The notes beneath the pieces were generated by a model. It was not told where the DNA came from. It made no database searches and saw only the letters and a list, made by a program, of their open reading frames with translations. A stretch of 64,000 nt of DNA. It comes from an uncultured Candidatus Saccharibacteria bacterium (GTDB lineage Bacteria; Patescibacteriota; Minisyncoccia; Phycocordibacterales; CAIJYI01). This document shows positions 34,847 through 44,666 of the stretch, one piece after another. Position 1 is the stretch's first letter. Each line of letters starts with the position of its first letter. The stretch is from the NCBI GenBank assembly GCA_964410165.1, contig CAYPFT010000002.1, positions 367 to 64,366 of the forward strand, given 5' to 3'. The translations under genes were made by a program, and so were the position numbers.

Positions 34847-36532
34847 ATGGTAAAAATTATTCTCGAAAAAGCAATACGGAGCATTCTTGAGGCGCAAGGT
34901 ATTACTGTGCCGAGTTTTATCGTGGAGAAATCGCCCACTTTTGGCGACTATGCGACGAATGCGGCACTCGTTTCGGCAAAAGAACTCGGAAAGAATCCGC
35001 GTGAAGTGGCGGAGCTTTTGGTTGCGGAACTGGAGAAGTCTGATGATGTGAATGAAGCGATTTTGAAAATGGAAATCGCGGGTCCCGGTTTCATAAATTT
35101 TTTTGTAAAAGACGAAGTCATCCAGAAGCACATCAGTGAGATAGTTTCTCTCGGCGCAGGGTACGGGGAAAACAAAACACTTGAAAGGCAGAAAGTGATG
35201 GTGGAATACACCGACCCGAATCCGTTCAAGGAATTTCATATAGGGCACCTCATGTCGAATGCGGTGGGGGAATCACTCTCGCGCATCGTGGAAGCGCAGG
35301 GTGCGGAGGTGAAGCGGGCGTGCTATCAAGGAGATGTGGGAATGCATGTGGCGAAGACCGTTTTTGGAATCAAGAATCAAGAATCAGGAATCAGGAATGT
35401 TGCCGACCTCGGCCGGGCTTACGCTTTTGGGGCGCAGGATTACGATGAACACAAAATGGAAATTCAGGAGATCAATAAAAAGATTTATAACCGTTCTGAC
35501 GCAGAAATAAATGAGATATATGACGCGGGGCGGAAAATATCGCTGGATTATTTTGAAACTATTTATCAAAAGCTCGGGACGAAATTCGACTGCTATTTTT
35601 TTGAAAGCGCGACTGGCGTGTTTGGAAAGCAGATTGTCGAAGAAAACACCCCGGCAGTATTTGAGAAAAGCGACGGGGCGGTGATTTTCAAAGGGGAAGA
35701 CCATGGACTTCACACGCGCGTATTTATAAATTCCGAAGGCCTGCCGACGTATGAGGCGAAAGAGTTGGGGCTTGCGAAAATGAAATATGACACATACCCG
35801 TACGATGCGTCCATCGTGGTGACTGGCAATGAAGTGAATGATTACTTCCAAGTATTGCTTCGCGCGATGTACCTCATTTTTCCAGAGCTTGAAAAGCGGA
35901 CGAAGCACATTTCGCACGGCATGTTGCGGCTCCCGACCGGCAAGATGTCTTCGCGCACGGGCGATGTGATTACCGCCGAATCGCTCATTTCGGAAGTGAA
36001 AGACATGGCGCTTGAGAAAATGAAAGACCGCGAGCTTGAAGGCAAAGAACAAATCGCCGAACAAATAGCCGTCGGCGCGATTAAATACTCCATTCTGAAA
36101 CAATCCCCCGGCAAAGACATCATCTTTGATTTTGAAAAATCACTCTCGTTCGAAGGCGATTCCGGTGTGTATTTGCAGTACGCGTATGTCCGCACGCAAG
36201 CCATTCTCCGAAAATCCGAGTTTACACAGGGTAGTCCTCAGGAGAATCTCCTGAGGACTACCCTTGGGGAAACTGGGGGGCTAAGTGAGCTTGAAAAACT
36301 GCTCTTTGAAGGATTGCCGAATGTGGTGAAGCTCGCGCACCACGACCTTGCTCCGAATTATATTGCTACTTACCTCATCAATGTTTGCCGTGCGTTCAAT
36401 GCGTACTATGAGCAAAACCCGATACTCGGAAATGAACATACGCCCTATCGCCTCGCGCTTGTGGAAGCGGTTGGTATCGTTTTGAGGAATGGCTTGTATC
36501 TGCTCGGCATCGCCGCGCCGGAACGGATGTAG
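34847..36532 (+). CDS. argS: Arginine--tRNA ligase
   Basis: Class I HIGH motif (HIGHLMSN), ArgRS N-terminal domain and C-terminal DALR-type anticodon-binding region; 561 aa. Confidence 0.9.
   Translation: MVKIILEKAIRSILEAQGITVPSFIVEKSPTFGDYATNAALVSAKELGKNPREVAELLVAELEKSDDVNEAILKMEIAGPGFINFFVKDEVIQKHISEIVSLGAGYGENKTLERQKVMVEYTDPNPFKEFHIGHLMSNAVGESLSRIVEAQGAEVKRACYQGDVGMHVAKTVFGIKNQESGIRNVADLGRAYAFGAQDYDEHKMEIQEINKKIYNRSDAEINEIYDAGRKISLDYFETIYQKLGTKFDCYFFESATGVFGKQIVEENTPAVFEKSDGAVIFKGEDHGLHTRVFINSEGLPTYEAKELGLAKMKYDTYPYDASIVVTGNEVNDYFQVLLRAMYLIFPELEKRTKHISHGMLRLPTGKMSSRTGDVITAESLISEVKDMALEKMKDRELEGKEQIAEQIAVGAIKYSILKQSPGKDIIFDFEKSLSFEGDSGVYLQYAYVRTQAILRKSEFTQGSPQENLLRTTLGETGGLSELEKLLFEGLPNVVKLAHHDLAPNYIATYLINVCRAFNAYYEQNPILGNEHTPYRLALVEAVGIVLRNGLYLLGIAAPERM
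36229..36263. repeat. 35-bp perfect palindrome inserted in-frame inside argS (GGGTAGTCCTCAGGAG-AAT-CTCCTGAGGACTACCC)
   Basis: Reads as QGSPQENLLRTTLGE within an otherwise ordinary ArgRS. A half-site GGTAGTCCTCAGGGG recurs at 48459-48473 just downstream of ileS. Confidence 0.6.
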
Positions 36533-36579
36533 CGCTCATTTTCAAAAAACATTTCCCGCACCACTTCCTTGCTTGTTCT

Positions 36580-36623
36580 CCCCTATAGCTTTTTCTAGCA
36601 TATGCTAGAAAAAGCTATAGGGG
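36580..36623. repeat. 44-bp perfect palindrome between convergent argS and spoVR-like genes; probable bidirectional terminator
   Basis: CCCCTATAGCTTTTTCTAGCATATGCTAGAAAAAGCTATAGGGG, perfect dyad centred on CATATG. Confidence 0.6.
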
Positions 36624-36712
36624 AGTTTGTTCAGACGGTACAATGATACAAAGATAAAAAAAGTACGCACCGTTTCGGCGCGCACTGGTCTAAAGAACAA
36701 ATCATTTCCATA

Positions 36713-38245
36713 TTATTTCTTTCCCGATTTCGACGGACATTCGGCGATAAGTTCAACCTTGTCGTCTTCTTTGACCGCCTCAATCCGCACCGGACACTGC
36801 CAGAGCTGGAAGAGGTGTTTGAGCACTTCCGCCGCGCTTTCTTTGTGGAGCGGAACGCGATTGCGTTCCGTATGCCGCAAAGTAAGCGTGCGGTCGTTGC
36901 GCAAATCAACGTTCCATATCTGAATATCAGGTTCGATGGCGCCGATGTCGTACTGACCGGCAAGCGCTCGGCGTACATCGCGGTACCCGTCTTCGTTGTG
37001 GATTGCATTCACAATATAGTTTGCCGTGTCGAGTCCCGGGTAGTCTATTATATGCCACAGCCGCATGTCGCGCATGACTTTCGGAGAAAGATACTGTGAG
37101 ATAAAGCTCTCGTCTTTGAAGTTTTCCATAGTGAACTTCATTGTGGCAAGCCAGTCCGTACCCGCAATATCAGGGAACCACTTTTTGTCCTCTTCCGTCG
37201 GATTTTGACAGATGCGCGGAATGTCGCGAAACATATCGAAGCCGAGAGCGTAAGGATTTATTCCGGAATAATACGGCTTATCCCACGTCGGCTGAAGAAT
37301 CACATTTGTATGAGATACCAAAAATTCCAGCATAAAGCCGTCGTTCACGTATCCTTCGTCGTAGAGATCGTACATGAGCGTGTAATGCCAGAACGTCGCC
37401 CACCCTTCGTTCATGACTTTCGTCTGCCGTTGGGGATAGAAGTACTGCGCAATCTTGCGAACGATGCGCACAATCTCTCTTTGCCATGGTTCCAGAAACG
37501 GAGCGTTCTTTTCGATGAAATACAGGATATTTTCCTGCGGTTCGGTCGGGAAACGCTCCCGCCACTTTTTTTCCGCCTCCTTTTTGATCTTTGGCACCGT
37601 TTTGTCCCAGAGGTCGTTTACCTGCGACTGGAGATATTCCGCGCGTTCTTTCTGCCGCGCCCTTTCTTTTTCGAGCGAAATCGGCGCGGGGCGCTTATAG
37701 CGATCAACACCATAATTGCTTAATGCATTGCATGAGTCCAAAAAGAACTCCACTTCCTCTCGCCCATATTTCTCTTCGCACTCCGCGATATAGCGTTTTG
37801 CGAAGAGCATGTAATCCACGATAGCATCGGGGCTCGTCCACTGACGGAACAGATAATTTCCCTTAAAGAAGGAATTATGTCCGTAGCAGGCATGGGCGGT
37901 GACGAGTTCCTGCATCGCGGAAGAGTTCTCTTCCATAAGGTAGGCAATGCAAGGATTCGAGTTGATAACGAGCTCGTAGGCAAGACTCACATCGCCTCTC
38001 ATGTACGCGCGCCTCGTATTTTCCGCTTCTTTTCCGAGAGACCAGTGATAAAACGATACCGGCAGTCCGATGGATGAATACCGATCTATCATTTGCTCCG
38101 CGGTGATAATCTCAATCTGATTCGGAAACGTCTTGAGGCCGTACTTTTCGCATGCGATCCGCCCAATCACTTCGTTTGCTTTTTGAATATCCTCAATGGT
38201 CCATGCGGAAGATTCGGTAATTAACCGTGATATGTTGTGTGACAT
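36713..38245 (-). CDS. SpoVR/YcgB-family protein
   Basis: 510 aa. Last gene of a prkA-yeaH-spoVR arrangement, and full-length for the SpoVR family. Confidence 0.75.
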   Translation of the reverse strand: MSHNISRLITESSAWTIEDIQKANEVIGRIACEKYGLKTFPNQIEIITAEQMIDRYSSIGLPVSFYHWSLGKEAENTRRAYMRGDVSLAYELVINSNPCIAYLMEENSSAMQELVTAHACYGHNSFFKGNYLFRQWTSPDAIVDYMLFAKRYIAECEEKYGREEVEFFLDSCNALSNYGVDRYKRPAPISLEKERARQKERAEYLQSQVNDLWDKTVPKIKKEAEKKWRERFPTEPQENILYFIEKNAPFLEPWQREIVRIVRKIAQYFYPQRQTKVMNEGWATFWHYTLMYDLYDEGYVNDGFMLEFLVSHTNVILQPTWDKPYYSGINPYALGFDMFRDIPRICQNPTEEDKKWFPDIAGTDWLATMKFTMENFKDESFISQYLSPKVMRDMRLWHIIDYPGLDTANYIVNAIHNEDGYRDVRRALAGQYDIGAIEPDIQIWNVDLRNDRTLTLRHTERNRVPLHKESAAEVLKHLFQLWQCPVRIEAVKEDDKVELIAECPSKSGKK

Positions 38246-39534
38246 TACGCATTCTCCTTTTTTTTGAAGAGTTCATGAAACACCGGATAGATGTCCTTTT
38301 GTTCTCGGATGAATTTCATCGCGAATCGATCTTTAAATACGCTCTCTTCGGCAATCCGCAGATAGTTCGCCCAGAGTTCATCTTGCTTCTCTTTTTCAAT
38401 CTGAACGTAAGCGAAGTAGCGGAGCACAGAAAGAATTTCATTTACCAACATATCTTCGCAGATGTTGGAATCAAGCGACCAGTTCTCTCCATCGGAGGCT
38501 TGCGCGACATATCTGTTCCAAGAAGAGTCGCTGTATCTTTCGTCAATAATCTCTTTCATAAGGCGGAGCCCCGTGGAGACGACCGTACCGCCCGTTTCCG
38601 TGGACTCAAAAAATTCTTTTTCGACCACTTCTTCGGCGATAGTGTGATGCTTGATGAACACCACATCGGTCCGTTCGTAATTTCGTGTAAGGAACAGATA
38701 TAAAAGCAAGAAGAATCGTTTGGCAATATCCTTCCTGTTTTTGTCCATGGAGATCGAGACATCCATAATACAAAACATCACTGCTTGCGCGGTCGGCTCC
38801 GGCACTTTTGCAAATTGCCTGAAACGAAGGTCCGAAGTGTCTATGAACGGAATGCCGCGAAGTTTTTGTTTGAGCAGGGTAATTTCTTGCGCAACGGCAA
38901 TAACCCGCTCCCTTGCTTTTTCGTCCGGATCAGGCAATGCCAAAAGCAGAGCCATCTCCCCCTCAAGTTTGCAAAGGAGTTCCTCCTTATCTTTTTTCCC
39001 GAATACGATGCGCCTTGCAAGCGATTGACGAAAGGAGCGGACAAGGTCGAGGTTCGTCGGATTTCCCGCGGTGGTTATGCCCGCGCGTTTCCATTTGTAC
39101 TCGTCTATGCCTGAAAAGAGCTCGGTCTTTATCATATTCGGAAGTTCGCAGTCCTCAAAATAGATTTCCAAAAATTCTTTGCGGGTGAGGTGAAAAACAA
39201 AATCATCTTCGCCCTCGCCGTCCGGACTGCCTTTCTTTCCGCCCCCGCTTCCTCCTTTCGGGCGGGGGATTTTGTCTCCTGGAATAAAGCGGTCATTGCC
39301 GGGGTGCACATATTCCCGGTTGCCGCCTGTTCCGTGCCGGAATCGCGGTTCTTGAATGCCCTTTTTCGGGATGGTTATATCTTCTCCGTCTTTATGCGAA
39401 TCGGTAATGCTGCCGATCCCGGCTTTTTTCTGCACCGCTTCTTTTATCCACGGTTTCATTCGTTCAATGAATCTTCCACGATTGACGTGGCTGCCTCCTC
39501 CTTGACCTCTTCTGTCTACAATAACGTCGCTCAT
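38245..39534 (-). CDS. YeaH/YhbH-family (DUF444) protein
   Basis: N-terminal Gly/Arg-rich region (RRGQGGGSHVNRGRF ... GGSGGGKKGSPDGEGEDD) followed by a vWA-like C-terminal domain. Lies between prkA and spoVR. Confidence 0.75.
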   Translation of the reverse strand: MSDVIVDRRGQGGGSHVNRGRFIERMKPWIKEAVQKKAGIGSITDSHKDGEDITIPKKGIQEPRFRHGTGGNREYVHPGNDRFIPGDKIPRPKGGSGGGKKGSPDGEGEDDFVFHLTRKEFLEIYFEDCELPNMIKTELFSGIDEYKWKRAGITTAGNPTNLDLVRSFRQSLARRIVFGKKDKEELLCKLEGEMALLLALPDPDEKARERVIAVAQEITLLKQKLRGIPFIDTSDLRFRQFAKVPEPTAQAVMFCIMDVSISMDKNRKDIAKRFFLLLYLFLTRNYERTDVVFIKHHTIAEEVVEKEFFESTETGGTVVSTGLRLMKEIIDERYSDSSWNRYVAQASDGENWSLDSNICEDMLVNEILSVLRYFAYVQIEKEKQDELWANYLRIAEESVFKDRFAMKFIREQKDIYPVFHELFKKKENA

Positions 39535-39622
39535 GGCATTTCTCCCATATTACTCTGTCTTTGAAAAAAATAGGGGCGGCGTCGAAACTTCGAACCACCG
39601 CCCCTAAGCCTTTGACCCCTTC

Positions 39623-41548
39623 TTAGGAACTCTTTCTTACCCGCAGGTACCATTCCGAAAGCAGGCGCACCTGCTTGGGTGTGTAACCTTTCGCTCCCAT
39701 CCGATTCACGAAATCTTCGTGTTTTTTTTGGTCGTCTTTCGACGCTTTCGAGCTGAAAGAAATGACTGGCAAGAGCTCCTCGGTATTCGCGAACATCTTT
39801 TTCTCAATCACCGCCCGCAATTTTTCGTAGCTCGTCCATACCGGATTTTTCCCGCTGTTTTTCGATCTTGCACGAAGTACGAAGTTTACCACTTCGTTTC
39901 GGAAATCCTTCGGGTTTGAAATGCCCGCCGGTTTTTCAATCTTTTCAAGCTCCGTATTGAGCGCCGTTCGGTTGAAACTTTCTCCGGTGTCAGCGTCTCG
40001 GTATTCTTGATCTTGGATCCAGTAGTCCGCATACGTGACATAACGATCGAAAATGTTTTGCCCGTATTCCGAATACGATTCCAGATACGCCGTTTGGATT
40101 TCTTTCCCGATGAACTCGATATAGCGCGGAACGAGATACTCCTTGATGAAACGGAGATAGCGTTCCTGCATTTCCGACGGGAACTGTTCCTGAGCGATTT
40201 GCTGCTCCAATACATAAACCAGATGCACCGGATTCGCCGCCACTTCAGTGTGGTCGAAGTTGAACACTTTGGAGAGGATCTTGAACGCGAAGCGCGTCGA
40301 GATTCCTTCCATGCCCTCGTCCACGCCGGCGAAATCTTTATATTCCTGATAGGATTTGGCTTTCGGGTCGGTGTCTTTCAAGTTCTCGCCGTCATAGGTG
40401 CGCATCTTTGAATAGATGCTCGAATTCTGCGGTTCTTTGAGGCGGGACAAGACGACGAATTGCGCGAGCATTTGGAGCGTCCCCGGAGCGCACGGCGCTT
40501 CGGAGAGCGAGCTGTATCTGAGCAGTTTTTCGTAGATCTTCACTTCTTCCGAAACACGGAGACAATACGGAACTTTCACGACATACACGCGGTCGAGGAA
40601 CGCTTCGTTGTTCCGGTTTCCTTTGAAGGTTTTCCATTCCGATTCGTTCGAGTGGGCGAGAATAATGCCCTCGAACGGAATGGCGGAAAGCCCTTCCGTG
40701 CCTTTGTAGTTTTGTTCTTGGGACGCCGTCAGGAGCGGATGAAGCACTTTGATCGGCGCTTTGAACATTTCCACGAATTCCATGATGCCGCGGTTGCCGA
40801 GGCATAATCCTCCGGAGAAGCTGTACGCGTCCGGATCGTCCTGCGAATAGTGCTCGAGTTTTCTGATATCCACTTTGCCGACGAGAGAGGAAATGTCCTG
40901 GTTGTTCTCATCACCCGGCTCGGTTTTGGAAACGGCGCGCTGGTCGAGCTGCGAAGGGTGGACTTTTACGACGGTAAATTTTGTAATATCTCCCCCGTAT
41001 TCGTGAAGGCGTTTTACCGCCCACGGAGAGGGGATAATGCCGATATATCGGCGCGGAATGTTGTATTCTTGCTCAAGAATTTCCGCATCTTCCGCCGAAA
41101 AAAGTCCGAGAGGCGATTCGTTCACAGGGGATCCTTTGATCATATAGAACGGCTGTTTCTCCATGAGCGATTTGAGCTTTTCCGCAAGCGACGATTTGCC
41201 GCCGCCGACGGGACCCAAAAGGTAGAGGATCTGCTTCTTCTCTTCAAGTCCTTGCATTGCGTGGAGAAAGAACGCGACGATTTTTTGAATGGTTTCTTCC
41301 ATGCCGTAGAATTCCGCGAAAGAAGAATATACGTCAATGACCTTGTTTGCATGGATGCGCGAGAGGCGCGGGTCAAGCCGGGTATCAATGGCGTCCGGCG
41401 TCCCGATAGCAAGCAATTCACGCTCTTGCGGTGTGGCGTAAGCGCTCGGGTCATTTCGGCAAATTTCAAGATACTCTTCCAGAGAATATTCTTGCGCGCG
41501 GGTTTGGTCGTAACGCTCCGTGAGGCGGGTAAATAAACTGGTGTTCAT
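39623..41548 (-). CDS. prkA: PrkA/YeaG-family AAA+ serine protein kinase
   Basis: 641 aa with Walker A LLGPVGGGKSSL and PrkA-type N- and C-terminal domains. First gene of the three-gene operon. Confidence 0.85.
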   Translation of the reverse strand: MNTSLFTRLTERYDQTRAQEYSLEEYLEICRNDPSAYATPQERELLAIGTPDAIDTRLDPRLSRIHANKVIDVYSSFAEFYGMEETIQKIVAFFLHAMQGLEEKKQILYLLGPVGGGKSSLAEKLKSLMEKQPFYMIKGSPVNESPLGLFSAEDAEILEQEYNIPRRYIGIIPSPWAVKRLHEYGGDITKFTVVKVHPSQLDQRAVSKTEPGDENNQDISSLVGKVDIRKLEHYSQDDPDAYSFSGGLCLGNRGIMEFVEMFKAPIKVLHPLLTASQEQNYKGTEGLSAIPFEGIILAHSNESEWKTFKGNRNNEAFLDRVYVVKVPYCLRVSEEVKIYEKLLRYSSLSEAPCAPGTLQMLAQFVVLSRLKEPQNSSIYSKMRTYDGENLKDTDPKAKSYQEYKDFAGVDEGMEGISTRFAFKILSKVFNFDHTEVAANPVHLVYVLEQQIAQEQFPSEMQERYLRFIKEYLVPRYIEFIGKEIQTAYLESYSEYGQNIFDRYVTYADYWIQDQEYRDADTGESFNRTALNTELEKIEKPAGISNPKDFRNEVVNFVLRARSKNSGKNPVWTSYEKLRAVIEKKMFANTEELLPVISFSSKASKDDQKKHEDFVNRMGAKGYTPKQVRLLSEWYLRVRKSS

Positions 41549-41823
41549 GGCTGTTCTCCTGTGTGTGGCGGTTTTTGGTGAAGCAAAAAGATTGCTTCAA
41601 TAAATGAAGTTTTTGAGTTGTCGAAGAACAACCCTTTCCTGATTAAAAGTATAACAAAGTTCATCTCTGCCGTTGCTGTGCACAAGTTGTGCATAAGTAT
41701 TAAGAGCCATTTTGGGTATAGCACCGTCATCTCGTTGTCTTTTTCCGTCCGAGAAGGTACGCTATAAGCAGTACGGGCGCATTCGTCCATTGAAAAAGAT
41801 TTTACAAAATACAGGAGGGAGAC

Positions 41824-43158
41824 ATGGGTAAAATTATCGTTCCGGAAAACAAACTTATTCTGCTCGACCATACTCGCGCCGGTCCGATGGCGGAGAGATT
41901 TTACGAATTTGCCAAGACGCGCTTCGTCGGACAGCCGCGCGTTGTTCGGTGGCTCGCTCAAATGTCAGAATCTATATTTCAAGGTTTTTATCCCGCAAGG
42001 GGTCCGTTGGGAAGCGTACTTCTGGTCGGACCTTCCGGTGCGGGAAAAACGCTTGCCGCGGAACTTCTCGCGTGGTTTCTTTTCGGCGACCCGGAAGGAT
42101 TTTCCCGGATCGACGGACAGGAGATGGCGTTGCGAGAAAATATCGCGCGTGTGATCGGCGCATCGCCCGGGTATGTCGGGTATGATGATCCGCCGATGAT
42201 TACCCAAAAAAGCCTCGATGAACCCGCATATTTGTGCATACTCGAAAACGCGCTTAACAATGCCACTGAAGGAGTTCGTCGGGAGTACCACAATATTCAA
42301 GAAGAACGGCGCGGACTTTTGGCGCACATTACCGGGCTTGGAAAGACAAAATCCGACCAGGAAGAATTGGCGCTTGCTGTGCAAAAAATCAAATCACTCA
42401 ACCATCGGACGAAAGCGCTTGGCATTCCCGAATATGACCGAAGGAAATATACATATATTTCCATACTTCTGCTCGACGAGATTGAAAGAGCACATTCCGC
42501 TTTTCATAATCTGTTATATCGGATACTCGACGAAGGAAAACTGCCGATCGTGTCAAAGAACCAAAATATGGGAAGCGGTTTTATTGACTTCAGGAGAACC
42601 ATTATTATTGCAACCAGCAATCTTGGCGAAGAAGAACTGAAAAATCTTTTTAAGAGTTCAAGCGGCCGTTCACTCGGGTATAGTTTTATGAGGCAGACGT
42701 ATACCAGCGATGAGCTTGATCAAGCAACTTATCGGATTTGCAACAAAGCGATAGAAAGCTTTTTTCCGATGCCGCTCCTGAATCGTTTCGGAGATAAGAT
42801 TGCCGCGAGGATACATTCTCGGGAAGAACATCTTCAAGTTCTTGATATTGAGCTGAACAAGATTCGGGATTGGCTGTTTGATCCGGAGGGATGTAATTTT
42901 CCGATTGTAATTCGGGTTGAAGACTCGGTCAAAGCATATTTGGCGGACGAAATGTCGGAGAGCCTCGAAAAAGGAGTTCGTTTTTTGCAACAAAAGCTGA
43001 AGACACATCTCGTTGATAGAATTATATCACTCAAGGCGACAGGACAGGTTTGCGCGGGAGACATACTCATCGTGTCCACCGACCCGATTTCGAAAGAGTT
43101 TGTTTTTCACAAAGAACATAATCCCACCGCCGCGGAAAAGATTATAAAAACCAGCTGA
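41824..43158 (+). CDS. Orphan Hsp100/Clp D2-type AAA+ ATPase (single AAA module) with an ~80-aa insertion between Walker A and B
   Basis: FVGQPRVV...GSVLLVGPSGAGKT (Walker A), SPGYVGYDDPP (Clp hallmark), ILLLDEIERAH (Walker B), TSNLG (sensor 1), C-terminal small domain with GVRFLQQ. No N-domain and no D1. Confidence 0.7.
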   Translation: MGKIIVPENKLILLDHTRAGPMAERFYEFAKTRFVGQPRVVRWLAQMSESIFQGFYPARGPLGSVLLVGPSGAGKTLAAELLAWFLFGDPEGFSRIDGQEMALRENIARVIGASPGYVGYDDPPMITQKSLDEPAYLCILENALNNATEGVRREYHNIQEERRGLLAHITGLGKTKSDQEELALAVQKIKSLNHRTKALGIPEYDRRKYTYISILLLDEIERAHSAFHNLLYRILDEGKLPIVSKNQNMGSGFIDFRRTIIIATSNLGEEELKNLFKSSSGRSLGYSFMRQTYTSDELDQATYRICNKAIESFFPMPLLNRFGDKIAARIHSREEHLQVLDIELNKIRDWLFDPEGCNFPIVIRVEDSVKAYLADEMSESLEKGVRFLQQKLKTHLVDRIISLKATGQVCAGDILIVSTDPISKEFVFHKEHNPTAAEKIIKTS

Positions 43159-43173
43159 CGTTTTCTGTTCCGA

Positions 43174-43202
43174 CTCGCCCGTACCATATGGGCGAGTTTT
43201 TA
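43174..43202 (+). terminator. Rho-independent terminator between the two AAA+ paralogs
   Basis: CTCGCCC-GTACCATAT-GGGCGAG followed by TTTTTATTG. Confidence 0.5.
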
Positions 43203-43306
43203 TTGTCGCAAGGATTGTTTTTTTGCCCTATCAGGAGTACTGTTTAGGGCAGGAAAGACAAATTAGTCCATTGAAACAATTTTTCTTAAAAATACAGGAG
43301 GGGAGC

Positions 43307-44659
43307 ATGGATAACCGCAACACAAATTTTGTTCGTCTTGATCATCTGAAGCGAGGACAAACAGCGGAGGCGTTTATGGAATTTGCCGGCACAAAAGTAA
43401 TCGGACAATCGCACATTATTAAAACTATCGGTCAGACGATTGAACAAGAGCTTGCCGGATTCAGCAATCCCAAAAAGCCGATCGGCTCTTTCTTTATTGC
43501 CGGTCCGTCCGGCGTCGGCAAGACATCCATCATTAAAGCGCTTGCGGAGTTCTTATTTGAAGACGAAAAGGCAATGACCCGTCTTGAGGGACAGGAATTT
43601 TCGGAGCCGCATTCGGTAGCGAACCTGAAAGGATCGCCGGCGGGATATGTCGGATTCGATGAACCGCCGAGAATTACTCAAGAAGGACTCGATAAATACG
43701 GGTTCAATGCGATCCTTGATGATTTTTACTCGCGCTTGTTTCCGGGAGAGGAAGAATTCTTTCAAGAGAAAGAGGCAATGATCCGAACGCTTGTTTCGGA
43801 GATAAATTCATTGACTCAAAGGGATGCTCAAACGGCGAGCAAAAGAGAATCCTGCATGGAGAGCATAAAGGCGCTACAGAGAGAACTTGCCGCAAGAGGG
43901 TATCCTCTTTATGATATTACGGGTTCTCGTTCCAAGTATATCTCCGTTTTCCTTATAGATGAAGTTGAACGGGCGGACAAGGCGCTTTGGAATCTTCTCT
44001 ATACCCCTCTTGATGAAGCGTATCTCCCCATTAAGGGGTATAAAAGATGGAACGGAAGTGTCGTTGACAAAATACGATTTAACAGCACTTTTTTCTTTGC
44101 GACCTCAAATGTCGGCGATGATGTTATCCGCGAACTCTTGAACGTCCAAAGCGGCAAAAGTACGGGTTTTAAGTTTCATCATTCGTCCGTTTCAAAAAAT
44201 GTCGCGCAGGAAGTTTACTCGTCCTGCAAAAAGGAAGTGCGCAGGCATTTTCAGTCCAGTTTCATCGGCCGATTTGACCATTTTTTCGTTGCACAGCCAT
44301 TGTTTCGCCTTGAAATCCGGCAGGTTGTGGACTTGAAAATTTCAGAATTAAACAAGCGGTTGGCGAATAAATTGAATTTCCGGCTTTCTCTTGATGTTGA
44401 TGAAAAGGCGCGCGAGTTTATTGTTGATGAATCTGCCGATGATCCGACTATCGGCGCCCGGTTGGTGGAACAAAAGATTAAGAGGCGGTTGACGGATTCG
44501 CTTGTTTCGCTTACGGCAAGCAAACAAATAACAGACGGCGACCGTATTTTCGTTCGTCTGGAAACGCTTCTTGACCGTCCGGTTTTGACCTTTTACAGAG
44601 AAGAATATGCGGCAAAACCGCTTTTGGTACAAAAAGATTTAGCCGGGGGCAGACCATGA
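43307..44659 (+). CDS. Orphan Hsp100/Clp D2-type AAA+ ATPase, paralog 2, with ~100-aa insertion
   Basis: VIGQSHII...GSFFIAGPSGVGKTS, SPAGYVGFDEPP, VFLIDEVERAD, TSNVG. Same architecture as the upstream paralog. The ~40-bp leader/RBS is duplicated (TCCATTGAAA...AAATACAGGAGGGGAGCATGG). Confidence 0.7.
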   Translation: MDNRNTNFVRLDHLKRGQTAEAFMEFAGTKVIGQSHIIKTIGQTIEQELAGFSNPKKPIGSFFIAGPSGVGKTSIIKALAEFLFEDEKAMTRLEGQEFSEPHSVANLKGSPAGYVGFDEPPRITQEGLDKYGFNAILDDFYSRLFPGEEEFFQEKEAMIRTLVSEINSLTQRDAQTASKRESCMESIKALQRELAARGYPLYDITGSRSKYISVFLIDEVERADKALWNLLYTPLDEAYLPIKGYKRWNGSVVDKIRFNSTFFFATSNVGDDVIRELLNVQSGKSTGFKFHHSSVSKNVAQEVYSSCKKEVRRHFQSSFIGRFDHFFVAQPLFRLEIRQVVDLKISELNKRLANKLNFRLSLDVDEKAREFIVDESADDPTIGARLVEQKIKRRLTDSLVSLTASKQITDGDRIFVRLETLLDRPVLTFYREEYAAKPLLVQKDLAGGRP

Positions 44660-44666
44660 TTTTTCA

